The translations under genes were made by a program, and so were the position numbers. The notes beneath the pieces are model-generated. The model saw nothing but the letters and a program-made list of their open reading frames with translations, was not told the DNA's origin and did not search any database. A DNA stretch of 64,000 bases, taken from contig CBDCKN010000014.1 in assembly GCA_965218295.1 (NCBI GenBank), positions 96,001 to 160,000 of the forward strand, read 5' to 3'. Source of the DNA: Longimicrobiales bacterium (GTDB lineage: Bacteria > Gemmatimonadota > Gemmatimonadetes > Longimicrobiales > Gaopeijiaceae). Positions 49,022 to 59,700 of this stretch are shown here, piece after piece. Position 1 is the first letter of the stretch. Each line of letters starts with the position of its first letter.

Positions 49022-51035
49022 ATGGCTGGGGAGCTCACCGAGTTTCTGGTTTCAGCTGTCCATCACCGTTCACCGATTCAATATGTACCCTCCGGGGCAT
49101 CCGTCGCTGGAGCCGTCCGCCGAGGAGGTCGTGGAGCGCCTGCAGAGACTCGTTGGCGACCGCGAGTCTTTGGCCATCGGGGTCGCGTCCGGCCAGCTCG
49201 TCATCGAGGGCATCGGTACCGACGCCAACCACCCGGTCCTCAGCGATCTGGCGAGGCGGCTCCACGGTCATCAGCTCGGGGCCCTCTCCTTGGACAGGGA
49301 AGCCACGGTCTCCGAAGTCGAAGATGCCTGCCGTACCCTGGCCACCGACGCGGAGCACGAGGCGGATCCCATCGGACTGCTGCCCAGGGACGAGATTCCC
49401 GATTGGGACCACATTCATCTCTATCCCCTCGGGTACGACCGGCTCGAGATCAAAGACTCCGGCGAGGGTATGCAGGGCGTCTCGGTGGACCGGGCCACGG
49501 AGCTCTGGTTCGGCCTCGCTCGCTCCGCCATGGCCGGCGACGACGTAGACTACGCTGACGAGCCGCCCACGCCCCAGGCCATTGCCGCTTCCATCCAGCG
49601 GCACCGAACGGAGGAGGCATACGATCAGGTGATCGTGGGACACCTGCTCCAGCTGGCGGAAGAGCTCAAGGGCGGAGGCGAGGCTGGACAGATTCGCGAG
49701 CACGTCTCGGACCTCATCCAGGATCTCGATGACTCGACCCTCGAGCGGTTCATCGAAATGGGCGGTGACTTCAGCCAGAGAAGACGCTTCGTGCTCGATG
49801 CCAGTCAGGGCCTGGCCGCCGACGCCGTGATGAAGGTCCTGCAGGCGGCCGCTGTCAGCTCCCAGCAGAGCATCTCCCACTCCATGACGAGGCTCCTGAC
49901 GAAGTTGGCCGTACACTCCGAGGGAGGCGATGGCTCCGTCAAGGCGGGTGCCGACGACGCGCTCCAGGAGAACCTCGAAGAGCTCATGGCCGAGTGGCAG
50001 CTCACCGATCCGAACCCCGACGACTACACCCTCGTTCTTGACGAGATGTCCAGGGCCGCTCCGGTCCTGGCCGGTGACGTCGAGGACGAGAGTGACGAAG
50101 GTGTCGTCACTGGAGCGGAGAGGATCGTGGAGATGGCCCTCGAGGTGGAGGCCTTCGGTCCCATCGTTCAGAAGGCCATTGCCGACCTCCTGGAGGACGC
50201 ACGGGCGCGGTTCCTCATCGATGCGATAAACGAAGCCTCGGACAGTCAGACGGCAGGGCGAATCAAAGAGCATCTGGCCAATCCGGATCAGCTCCGCCGG
50301 CTTCTCTCCGCCGCCGAGATCGACGTCGCGTCGCTGAGCGCCATTGTCACGTGGATGGGGCCGACGGCGATTGATCCCCTCTTGAACACTTTGGCCGAGT
50401 CGGAGTCACCGGATCGCCGGGAGATCGCCCTGGATGCCCTGCAAGACTTCGGATCGCACGTCTGGGATGGCGTACTACGGTATCTGGAGGACCCCGAGTG
50501 GGAGGTGATCCGAAACATGCTCCTGCTCATTCAAAGGTTGGACGACGTTCACGAGGACTTCGACGTCATGGAGTTCCTCAGCCACCCCGACCCCAAGGTG
50601 AGGCGCGAGGCGTTCCCGCTGGCGATCCGCGGTGGACTCCGCCAGAAGACCCTTGCCAATGCCCATGCGGACGACGACGAGTTCGTCGTCCGCATGGCGC
50701 TGCTCGAGCTCGGGGAGTCCGTGCCGGAGACGGTCGTGCCCATCCTCGTCAACCGCGTCGTTCTGGGGGAGCGCAGCCCCGAGATCAGGGCCTTCGGGAT
50801 CCGCACGGCCGGCCTGTCCAGGTCGCCGCTCGTGCTGGAGACGCTTCTGATCATGACGAAAGTCGGAAAGACGATCTTCGGCCGACCGATACTGGCGCCC
50901 AAGTCCATGGAGGTTCTGGCCGCCCTGGGGACACTGGCCCGCTTCTGGCCCGACGAGGCCCGAGCCGCGAAGATCGTCAAGGCGGCGAGACGTTCGAAGG
51001 ATCCCGATATCAAAGCGGCCGGAGACACATCTTGA
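49022..51035 (+). CDS. HEAT-repeat protein; probable +1 frameshift near 49050
   Basis: MAGELTEFLV|QLSITVHRFNMYPPGHPSL; HEAT-like repeats (LEDPEWEVIRN, HPDPKVRREA, DDDEFVVRMAL). Confidence 0.75.
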
Positions 51036-52291
51036 GCTCGAGCGCCACCGAGTTCCTCACGAATCTGGCCCAGACCGTGTCGACGATGATCCTCTACGAG
51101 GAGGGCCATCCAGCTCGCGAGCGGGCCATCGACGGCACTCTGGATGCCATCCTCCGACTGCAGGAGGAGATTCCCACTCCCGACTTCACTTTCGTGGGCA
51201 ACGAGATCGTATTCCAGGGCCGGCCCCTTCATGCGCTCAAGCGGTGGGAATGGGGCTCGCGATTGGGTGCCGTCGGGATCCAGAGGCTGGAGTTCACCGG
51301 TCCGGTGACCCGGGAAGATCTGGAGGTCTTCCTCGACGACGTCCATGCTCGCCTCACCAGCGAAACTCCCAGTTCGGCCGAAGCCCGCCATTCACGGCCT
51401 ACGGTAATCCAGTACGGGATCGTGGGGATCAAGGGACAGGGACGGCAAGCGGAAGGCGGAGAGGGGCGTTCGGCCGGGGGGGAGTTGACCTACACGCTTC
51501 AGGAAGAGGTGGAAGCGGTGGATTGGCTCCATAGCGAGCTCAAGGAGGACGGTGGCCTGCACTTACTCGAGGCCGAGGCCATCGTCCGCTCACTCACCGT
51601 CGCCATGCACGGCGATCAGCAGTTCCTCATGCCGCTGCTCAAGCTGAAGCGATTCGATCAGTACACCACCACCCACGCCATGAACGTTTCTGTGCTGGCC
51701 ATGGCGTTGGCCGAATTCATCGGGTTGGAGCCGAAGGAGGTCAGGGCGTTCGGCATCAGCGGCCTCATGCACGATCTCGGCAAGGTCACCATACCCGAGG
51801 ACATCCTCAACAAGCCCGGGAAGCTCACCGACGAAGAGCGCGCCGTGATGAACAACCATACCATCGCCGGCGCGCGGATCATCATCGAGACCCAAGAGCA
51901 GCTCGATCTGGCGGCCGTCGTGGCGTACGAGCACCACATCAAGATCGACGGGGGCGGATATCCCTCGCTGCACTTCCCCCGGGCCTGTCATCACGCCAGC
52001 AACCTGGTGCACGTCTGCGACGTCTTCGACGCATTGCGGACGGATCGCCCGTATCGGGGTGCGTGGGAAACGGAGCGGGTGCTAGGCCTTCTGGACGAGG
52101 GGTCTGGAACCGAGTTCGACCACGACCTGGCCCAGTCCTTCGTTCGCATGATGCGCCAGTGGGAGGGTCAGATCGCCGTGGTGCACCAGGAGGATGAGGC
52201 TCTCCCCATCGGGGCGCCCGTCGAGCCCACCAACGAAGGTGGGCCGGGCCAGCCAGCCGCCGGTGGTCCGGAGGGCACTACCGACTCGTAG
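51032..52291 (+). CDS. HD-GYP domain c-di-GMP phosphodiesterase
   Basis: YTTTHAMNV, MHDLGK, HHIKIDGGGYP, DVFDALRTDRPYR; overlaps the HEAT gene stop. Confidence 0.9.
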   Translation: MSSSATEFLTNLAQTVSTMILYEEGHPARERAIDGTLDAILRLQEEIPTPDFTFVGNEIVFQGRPLHALKRWEWGSRLGAVGIQRLEFTGPVTREDLEVFLDDVHARLTSETPSSAEARHSRPTVIQYGIVGIKGQGRQAEGGEGRSAGGELTYTLQEEVEAVDWLHSELKEDGGLHLLEAEAIVRSLTVAMHGDQQFLMPLLKLKRFDQYTTTHAMNVSVLAMALAEFIGLEPKEVRAFGISGLMHDLGKVTIPEDILNKPGKLTDEERAVMNNHTIAGARIIIETQEQLDLAAVVAYEHHIKIDGGGYPSLHFPRACHHASNLVHVCDVFDALRTDRPYRGAWETERVLGLLDEGSGTEFDHDLAQSFVRMMRQWEGQIAVVHQEDEALPIGAPVEPTNEGGPGQPAAGGPEGTTDS

Positions 52292-52380
52292 TGTTCCGTT
52301 GCCGAAGTTCGCTAGCCACCAAGAGGGTCGGATGCACCGTGCCCTCGACTGGCCGAGACACTTTGGTAACGGGACACTGG
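52289..52380 (+). repeat. MITE-like repeat copy E
   Basis: TAGTGTTCCGTTGCCGAAGT...ACTTTGGTAACGGGACACT; begins at the HD-GYP stop codon. Confidence 0.9.
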
Positions 52381-52446
52381 CCGGGCCAGGAGGATCGAGC
52401 CGGAGGGAAGGGTCCGGCCGGAGGGGCGAGCCGGCCTTGGAAGCCC

Positions 52447-53619
52447 TCAGCCCCCGCTCCGGGCGAAGGCCCGCAGCCGCTCGCCTGCTACTTCCAGGGT
52501 TTCCGCTCTCTTGCAGAAGGCGAAGCGGACCAGAGAGCGACCCAGCTCGGGGTCCGAGTAGAAGCTCGAGCCCGGGACCGGCGCCACGCCTGCGTCTCTC
52601 GTCAGCCGTCGCGAGAAGACGTCGTCGGGCTCGTCGCTGAGAGCCGAGAAGTCCGCCAGCATGTAGTACGCACCCTGGGGCTTCTCGCACCTGAAGCCCG
52701 CCTCGGCCAGGCCCCGGTACAAGGCCTCGCGTCTTACCCGATAGTCATCGATCATCGTCTCGTAATATGTCCCTCCCAGCTCCTCCATGCCCACGGCGCA
52801 GGCCTCCTGTAAGGGAGCCGGCGCGCCCACGGTAAGGAAGTCGTGGACCTTCCGGATGGCGTCGGTGAGGTCCGGTGGCGCGATGATGGTACCGATGCGC
52901 CAGCCCGTGATGCTGAAGGTCTTGGAGAGGCCGCTCACCGTGATAGTCCGGTCGCGCATCCCGTCGAGGGTGGCCATGGGGATGTGCTCGCCCTCGTAGT
53001 AGATGTGCTCGTAGATCTCGTCGGTGATGGCCAGCAGATCGTGCTTGCGGCAGATGTCGGCGAGCGCTTCGACCTCGCCTCGATCGAGGACCCGGCCTGT
53101 CGGATTGTTGGGCGTGTTGATCACGATGGCCCGGGTGCGATCCGTCACCAGGGATGCCAGGCGATCATGATCCAGCCGGAAGTCGGGGGGCTCCAGCGGA
53201 AGAAAGACCGGCCTTGCCTCCGAAAGGATGGCATCGGGGCCGTAGTTCTCGTAGAAGGGCTCCAGCACGATCACCTCGTCCCCTGGGTCGATGACCGCGA
53301 GCATGATGCTGGCCATAGCCTCCGTGGCGCCGCACGTGACGGTGATCTCCCGCTCGCCGTCTACGGCCATCCCGTACCAGCGCTCGTACTTGGCCACGAG
53401 GGCGTCGCGCATGCGAGGCGATCCCCACGTGATGGCGTATTGGTTTACGTCGGCCTGGATTGCCTCGCACGCAGCGTCCTTTACCCTTTGGGGGGCCGGG
53501 AAGTCAGGAAAGCCCTGCGCGAGATTGATGGCGTCGTGCTCATGCGCCACACGAGTCATCTCCCGGATGACTGACTCCGTGAAGCCGTGGGTTCTCCGTG
53601 CCGTCCGCAGTAGGGTCAT
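52447..53619 (-). CDS. PLP-dependent aminotransferase class I/II
   Basis: INLAQGFPDF, TCGATEA, NTPNNPTG, ITDEIYEH, GLSKTFSITGWRIG, VRFAFCK. Confidence 0.95.
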   Translation of the reverse strand: MTLLRTARRTHGFTESVIREMTRVAHEHDAINLAQGFPDFPAPQRVKDAACEAIQADVNQYAITWGSPRMRDALVAKYERWYGMAVDGEREITVTCGATEAMASIMLAVIDPGDEVIVLEPFYENYGPDAILSEARPVFLPLEPPDFRLDHDRLASLVTDRTRAIVINTPNNPTGRVLDRGEVEALADICRKHDLLAITDEIYEHIYYEGEHIPMATLDGMRDRTITVSGLSKTFSITGWRIGTIIAPPDLTDAIRKVHDFLTVGAPAPLQEACAVGMEELGGTYYETMIDDYRVRREALYRGLAEAGFRCEKPQGAYYMLADFSALSDEPDDVFSRRLTRDAGVAPVPGSSFYSDPELGRSLVRFAFCKRAETLEVAGERLRAFARSGG

Positions 53620-53632
53620 ATGGGCTCGCGAT

Positions 53633-53938
53633 CTAGTGTGGTGTTACAGAAGTGTCTCGGCCATTGATCTCGCTGCGCTCGATCGTCTCGCGGTCAACTC
53701 GGCGCTCACGACGAGCATGTAGGTCGCTCGGCTCGAGCACCGATGCATCCGGCCCCGACCCACACGCATACAGCGCGCGGGTACCCCGTTCCTCCTCCTC
53801 GGACCACGGCCTTCGGCCGCGGTGCCCGCGTTGCTATTCCTCGTCGTCGCGCCTGACCCACGCCTAACGGCGCGGGTACCCCGGATCCGGCGCCTCGGCA
53901 CTCTCGGTGGCTCGCGAACTTCTGCAACACCACACTGG
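53633..53938 (-). repeat. MITE-like repeat copy F (longest, 306 bp)
   Basis: Terminal IRs CTAGTGTGGTGTTACAGAAGT / ACTTCTGCAACACCACACTGG; same sub-terminal blocks as the other copies. Confidence 0.9.
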
Positions 53939-54108
53939 GTCCGTTGTGAGGAAGCCCAAGGGTATGTCGGCGACCGGTCGGGGGGCAACAGATGGACGCG
54001 TCCGACACTCGAGACGGCGATATGCGCGGCGAGCCGGGAGGCGTGGCGGCTGGCGGAGCGACCGCCTAGTGTTCGAGGGTGGATCACTTCCAAACAAGCC
54101 ATCATTCA

Positions 54109-54753
54109 ATGAGCGAACGAAAGACGAGTTCAACTCGAACGCGTGGCCCACTTCTGTTCGCGTGGGGGGTTCTCTCGGTAGCGGGGGGTCTTGCTCCCGC
54201 GGCGTCGGAGGCCCAGCTCTCCGTGGTGCAGATGGAGGTGAACGGAGGGGCCTCGATCCCCGTGGCGGAATTCGCCGGTGTCGAGGGTTGGGAGGCTGAG
54301 GCTTCCACAGACGCCAGCTTCGGTGTCCACTTCGCGTTGACCCGCGGCCATCTCGCCTACCTGGTGGGCTTCAGTGAGCATCGCTTCAAGTGTCCGGAGG
54401 CGGGATGCAGTGCCGAGACGGACCTGGTCTCGACGTCGTGGGACATCGGCCTGCGCATCAACCTGCGAACGTCCGGCGTGGTGCCATGGCTCCGCCTGGG
54501 AGCCGTCGCTGCGCTGCTGGAGGCCGATCTGGGAACGGCCGGATCGACGGGGGCGACGGCTGCAACGGTGCGCGAGGAATCGGATCGCGGTTGGGGATTC
54601 GAGGCCGGAGCCGGCATCCTGATTCCGGTGGCCGACCGGTTCGGACTGAGTCCGGGAGTCCGTTACGGAAGGGTCGACCTGGACCTGACCTCCCGGGGAG
54701 TGCTACGGGAGCGCTACCTGGTCGTCGATCTCGGGTTCGTGTTGGGCTTCTAG
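54109..54753 (+). CDS. Outer-membrane beta-barrel (OmpW/OmpA-like) protein
   Basis: Signal peptide, amphipathic strands, C-terminal Phe (DLGFVLGF). Confidence 0.75.
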   Translation: MSERKTSSTRTRGPLLFAWGVLSVAGGLAPAASEAQLSVVQMEVNGGASIPVAEFAGVEGWEAEASTDASFGVHFALTRGHLAYLVGFSEHRFKCPEAGCSAETDLVSTSWDIGLRINLRTSGVVPWLRLGAVAALLEADLGTAGSTGATAATVREESDRGWGFEAGAGILIPVADRFGLSPGVRYGRVDLDLTSRGVLRERYLVVDLGFVLGF

Positions 54754-54917
54754 TGTTCCGTTGCCGAAGTTCGCGAGCCACCAAGAGGGTCGGGGCGCCG
54801 TGGGATCAAGGCGGGACGACGCGGCGTAGCGCAAGCTACGGTAAGGAGTTCCAACGCCGAGCCCACGGATGCACCGTGCCCTCGACTGGCCGAGACACTT
54901 CGGCAACGGAACACTAA
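54750..54917 (+). repeat. MITE-like repeat copy G
   Basis: Perfect 20-bp IR TAGTGTTCCGTTGCCGAAGT / ACTTCGGCAACGGAACACTA; contains the stop codons of both convergent genes. Confidence 0.93.
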
Positions 54918-56500
54918 GCGTCGTCCGCCGACTCGGAGCGCGCCTTCACCTTCCGCAGTCCTGGGAGCGCGTCCTCGAAGACATCCTTCAGACCAGGGTC
55001 GTAGCGAGTGCCGAAGGACGCCCGGACCTCCTCCACGGCGGCGTCGAAGGAAAAGGCATCCCTGAAGGCCCGAGGACTGGTCATGGCGGCGAGGGCGTCG
55101 GCGATGGCAATGATTCGCGCGGCGAGTGGAATCGCGTCGCCGGCGAGCCCGTCGGGATAGCCGCCGCCATCCCATCTCTCGTGATGCCAGGTCACGGCCG
55201 CGTCTACGGTGGCGTCCCGTAGGAGAGGAGCCAGAAGCTGCCGCCCCACGGTCGGGTGGGTGCGCATGTCTGCCCACTCATCCTCGTCGAGTGGGCCCTC
55301 CTTGTTCAGGAGTGCCTCGGACAAGGAGATCTTTCCGATGTCGTGCACCAGACCGCCCAGCCGAACCGCCTGCGGGTCCAGCATCGCACCCTCCGGGTCC
55401 AAGGTCTTGGCGAGCTCGATGGCCATGGCGCCGACCGTCTCTCCATGGCCGACCGTCGAAGGATCTTTCGCCTCCGCGGCCCGGACCAGAGCCAGCGCCC
55501 CCTCCTCGACATGGCTCCGGACGTCGTCTTTCCCATCTCCAGCCGTCGCAGACCGCTGCTCGGCACGGTCCGCCACGAACCGATCTGGCTCCACTCCTTC
55601 CGCTTCGAGCATCGGGGCCTCACCGGAAACCGGATCGAGGAGGGTCGTGCCGAAGAGGCGCACGGTGTTGCGCCCTTCCCGCTTGGCTCGATAGAGCGCA
55701 TGATCGGCGGCCGCCAACAGCTCGTCGGGTGTGCCCATGCTGGGATGGTGCAGCGCCACGCCAGCGCACACGGTGAGAGGGCCATTGCCCAGCTTTTGGG
55801 CTGTGAGCGTAGCCCGGACACGCTCGGCGAACGCCACGGCTCCGTCCAGGCCGGACCCCGCCAGGATCGAGAGAAACTCCTCCTCCCCGAAGCGGGCCGA
55901 GAGGTTCATGCGACGGGTGGTCTTGGCGAGGATATCGGCGAAGGCCTTCAGCGCCTCATCCCCCGCGGGGTGGCCATAGCTGTCGTTGTACTCCTTGAAG
56001 TTGTCCAGGTCGAACAGAACCACGCACAAGAGGCGTCCACGCTGAGCGGCGGCGAACTCGTTCTCCAGGAACACGCGGGCGTGGCGTCGGTTCGGGAGGT
56101 GGGTCAAGCCGTCTTCGAAGGCCATCCCCTCCATCCGCTTCTGGTCGCGTAAGAGAACCTCCGCCAACCAACCGATGCAGAGGGTGATGACGATGTACGC
56201 CACCACCACCCCGAAGAGGCCGTCGGGAATGGTCAGCCCCATGAGTAGGGCGATGACCTGGGTGATGGACAGCGTCGCCATCCCGGCCGCGAGCGCCAGG
56301 GCCGCACCCCGCCAGCCCTTGTAGTAGGCCAGGAGGAAGGCCGGGGTCAGGGCCAAGAGCCAGATGAGGACGCCCTGCTCCCCCAGAATGTCGGGTACCA
56401 GAAGCGCGGCTCCGGCCGGCACCACGAGGGCGCCGAGCGAGATGTAAAGGGCTTGCGCGGGTACGCCCTTCCGGACCCCGTCATCGGGTGCCGTCATCAT
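54914..56500 (-). CDS. Membrane-anchored GGDEF + HD-GYP protein
   Basis: ~4 TM segments; DLDNFKEYNDSYGHPAGD, RFGEEEF, ADHALYRAK; HDIGK, HHERWDGGGYP. Confidence 0.9.
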   Translation of the reverse strand: MMTAPDDGVRKGVPAQALYISLGALVVPAGAALLVPDILGEQGVLIWLLALTPAFLLAYYKGWRGAALALAAGMATLSITQVIALLMGLTIPDGLFGVVVAYIVITLCIGWLAEVLLRDQKRMEGMAFEDGLTHLPNRRHARVFLENEFAAAQRGRLLCVVLFDLDNFKEYNDSYGHPAGDEALKAFADILAKTTRRMNLSARFGEEEFLSILAGSGLDGAVAFAERVRATLTAQKLGNGPLTVCAGVALHHPSMGTPDELLAAADHALYRAKREGRNTVRLFGTTLLDPVSGEAPMLEAEGVEPDRFVADRAEQRSATAGDGKDDVRSHVEEGALALVRAAEAKDPSTVGHGETVGAMAIELAKTLDPEGAMLDPQAVRLGGLVHDIGKISLSEALLNKEGPLDEDEWADMRTHPTVGRQLLAPLLRDATVDAAVTWHHERWDGGGYPDGLAGDAIPLAARIIAIADALAAMTSPRAFRDAFSFDAAVEEVRASFGTRYDPGLKDVFEDALPGLRKVKARSESADDA

Positions 56501-56742
56501 TACCGATCGCTTCCAGGGCTAGGGTATCGGGGGCTCAGCAGGTCTGGGCTCTAATATGTGCATATCTCCAGGTCCTCGGCACCGTTCGGTTCCGGACGAC
56601 GCCGACTGTCGATTCAAGAACCATTCCGGTCCGGGTTGCGAGTCGGTGCCCCGGTGAGGTGGGGCGTAAGGTATCGCGCTTGAGCGAGGGATGGCAGATT
56701 CTTCCGGTCCGTGTCCCGCTGACCCACTTGGGAAGCTGCTGC

Positions 56743-59700
56743 ATGACGGGAAGATTCTTGGCCGGACTGCACCTGCTCCTCCCCTTGCTCCTGGGCGTGA
56801 CGTCGCTTCAGGGCCAGGTGAGGGAGCACCAGCTGGCCGCCATGCAGGCCCGAAGCATCGGTCCTGCGGGCATGAGTGGTCGCATCGCCGCAATCGATGC
56901 CCTGGCAACCGATCCCGACGTCGTCTACGTGGGAGCGGCCACAGGCGGTGTCTGGAAGTCGACGAACGGAGGCCAGACATGGAAGGCCGTCTTCGACGAC
57001 CAGCGTGTCCTGGGTATCGGTGCCGTAGTCGTCGACCAGTCCAACCCCGACGTCGTCTGGGTCGGAACCGGAGAGGGCAACCCTCGCAACAGCGCAGGCG
57101 TGGGGGGCGGTGTCTACAAGTCCATCGACGGCGGCGATACCTGGACGCTCTTGGGCCTCGAGAGGTCGGAGCGGATCCACCGGATCCTGTTACACCCCAC
57201 CGACGCCGACATCGCCTACGTGGGAGCCATGGGGCCCGCGTGGAGCGACGGAGAGGAGCGGGGAGTCTTCAAGACGCTGGACGGCGGGCGGAGCTGGGAG
57301 CGGATCCTCTATGTCGACGAGCGGACCGGCGTCTCCGACATGGTCATGGATCCCACGAACCCCGACAAGCTCATCGTGGGCATGTGGTCCTTCCGGCGCT
57401 CCCCTTGGTTCTTCGAGTCGGGAGGCCCGGGTAGCGGACTTTACGTCACTGTCGACGGAGGGGCGAGCTGGCGGCGGGCAGACGAGGCGGACGGTCTTCC
57501 CGGGGGAGCCCTGGGCCGGATCGGTCTGGCGGTGTACCCCACCGATCCGCGCATCGTATACGCCCTCGTGGAAGCACGTGAAAGCGCGCTGCTCCGCTCG
57601 CCGGACGGCGGGCGGAGCTGGAGGACCGTGAGGAGCGGCACAGGGGTCAGTCCGCGGCCGTTCTACTACAGCGACCTCTTCGTCGACCCGGAAAACGAGC
57701 TCCGGCTCTACCAGCTCCACTCCCGTCTCGAGAGGAGTGATGACGGCGGCCGGACCTTCGAGAACATTGGGCAGGGGGTCCACCCCGACTTCCACGCCCT
57801 GTGGATCGACCCTCGGGATCCGCAGCACCTCTACGCCGGCACCGACGGAGGCGTCTACGTGTCGCGGGACCGCGGCGCGAGCTGGCGGATGATCGACAAC
57901 CTGCCGGTAGGTCAGCTCTACCACGTCTCTGTGGACATGGATGTGCCGTACAACGTGTACGGAGGCATGCAGGACAACGGATCCTGGGAGGGGCCTTCGG
58001 ATGTGTGGGAGAGCGGCGGGATCCGGAACTACCACTGGAAGGAAGTGGCGTTTGGCGACGGCTTCGGCACCCTGGTGGATACCCAGGATCCGAGCTATGG
58101 CTATGCCATGTCCCAGGGCGGCGACCTGATACGCTTCGACGTCCGCACGGGCGAGCGCAAGCGCATCCGTCCCTGGGCGCCCGACTCCACCCGGCTGCGC
58201 TTCAACTGGAACGCGGCCATCGCGGCCGATCCGTACATCCCCGGGGGCATCTATTACGGGAGCCAATTCGTCCACAAGAGCGTAGACCGGGGTGGCACCT
58301 GGCAGATCATCAGCGCCGACCTCACCACGAACGACCCGGACAAGCAGAAGCAGGAGGAGAGCGGGGGGCTGACGAAGGACACCACCGGTGCGGAGAACCA
58401 CACGACCATCCTGACCATCGCCCCCAGCGCCCTGTCGCAGGATGTGGTCTGGGTGGGCACGGACGACGGGAAGGTGCAGGTCACGTCTTCCGCTGGGGGC
58501 CAGTGGGACGACGTCACCGAGGGGATCGGCGGGGTCCCGGACAATACCTGGGTGGCCCACATCGAGGCGTCCAAATTCAGGGCGGGGGGCGCTTTCGCCG
58601 TCTTCGACGATCACCGCCGGGGTGACTGGGAGCCCTACATCTACCGGACGGACGACTACGGAGACGACTGGGATCGCATCGCCGACGAAGACGACATCGA
58701 TGGCTACGTCCATACGCTGGAGCAGGATCCACGGGCCGAAGAGCTTCTCTTCGCCGGCTCCGAGTTCGGGCTGTACGTGACCCTGAACGGGGGAGACGAC
58801 TGGTTCAAGTGGACCCACGGGCTGCCGTCGGTTCCCGTGCGATCTCTGGTGATCCACCCCAGGGATCACGATCTGGTCATCGGAACGCACGGAAGGGCCA
58901 TCTACGTCCTCGACGACATCCGGCCGCTGAGGGAGCTCGCGACCAACCCCGGCGCTGCCGACGTGGCCCTCTTCTTCTTCGAGCCGCCCGTGGCCTACGT
59001 GCATACCACGGCAGAAGCGGATGGCTACCACTTCGTGGCCGATGCCATGTACCAGGGTCGCGCGCGCGCGCCGGGAGCCCTTTTTTCCTATTGGTTGGGC
59101 GAGGACAACGACGACGGGCCCGTGACGATCGAGGTTCTCGACTTCGAGGATCACTTGGTCCGGACCCTGCAGGGCACCCGAAGCCCGGGCCTCAACCGGG
59201 TTTCCTGGGATCTCCGGGAGGACCTCCCCGAGGTGCTCCTCGACTTCCAGCCCGCGGGGGGCGGGGGTGTGGGCTCCGGGGGAGCGCCCCAGGCACCTCA
59301 GGTGTTGCCTGGTACGTACACGGTGCGGATCAACAGGGGGCGTGCCGAAAGTCGGCAGACCCTCGACGTTCTCCCCGATCCCAGGGTCGAAATCGAGATG
59401 ACCGACCGGATCACAAAATACCAGGCCCTGAAGAGAGCGCAGGAGCTCAACGTCCGCATGGCCGAGCTGCAGCGGGCCACGAACAGCGTCAGGGAGGGCG
59501 TCGACCGGGTTCTCGGGCTCCTGGAGTCCGACGCCCGGTTCGTTGGTGCGGAGCTGGTGACCTCCGGGCAACGCCTTCGGCGACGCCTCGAGGAGGTTGC
59601 CGACTTCCAGGGCGTCGACCAGTATCGCTCAGGTGTGTCCGGCCTGTCGTCCTCGTACGATGCGCCGACCGAAGGCCAGCGCATCGACCTGATCCGGATG

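Noticed and set aside
54066..54075. CTAGTGTTCG as an eighth MITE copy
   Set aside because: Only ~9 bp match and no partner end or internal block.
22603..54917. Dispersed repeats as a CRISPR array
   Set aside because: Not regularly spaced, carry terminal IRs, no spacer structure and no cas genes.
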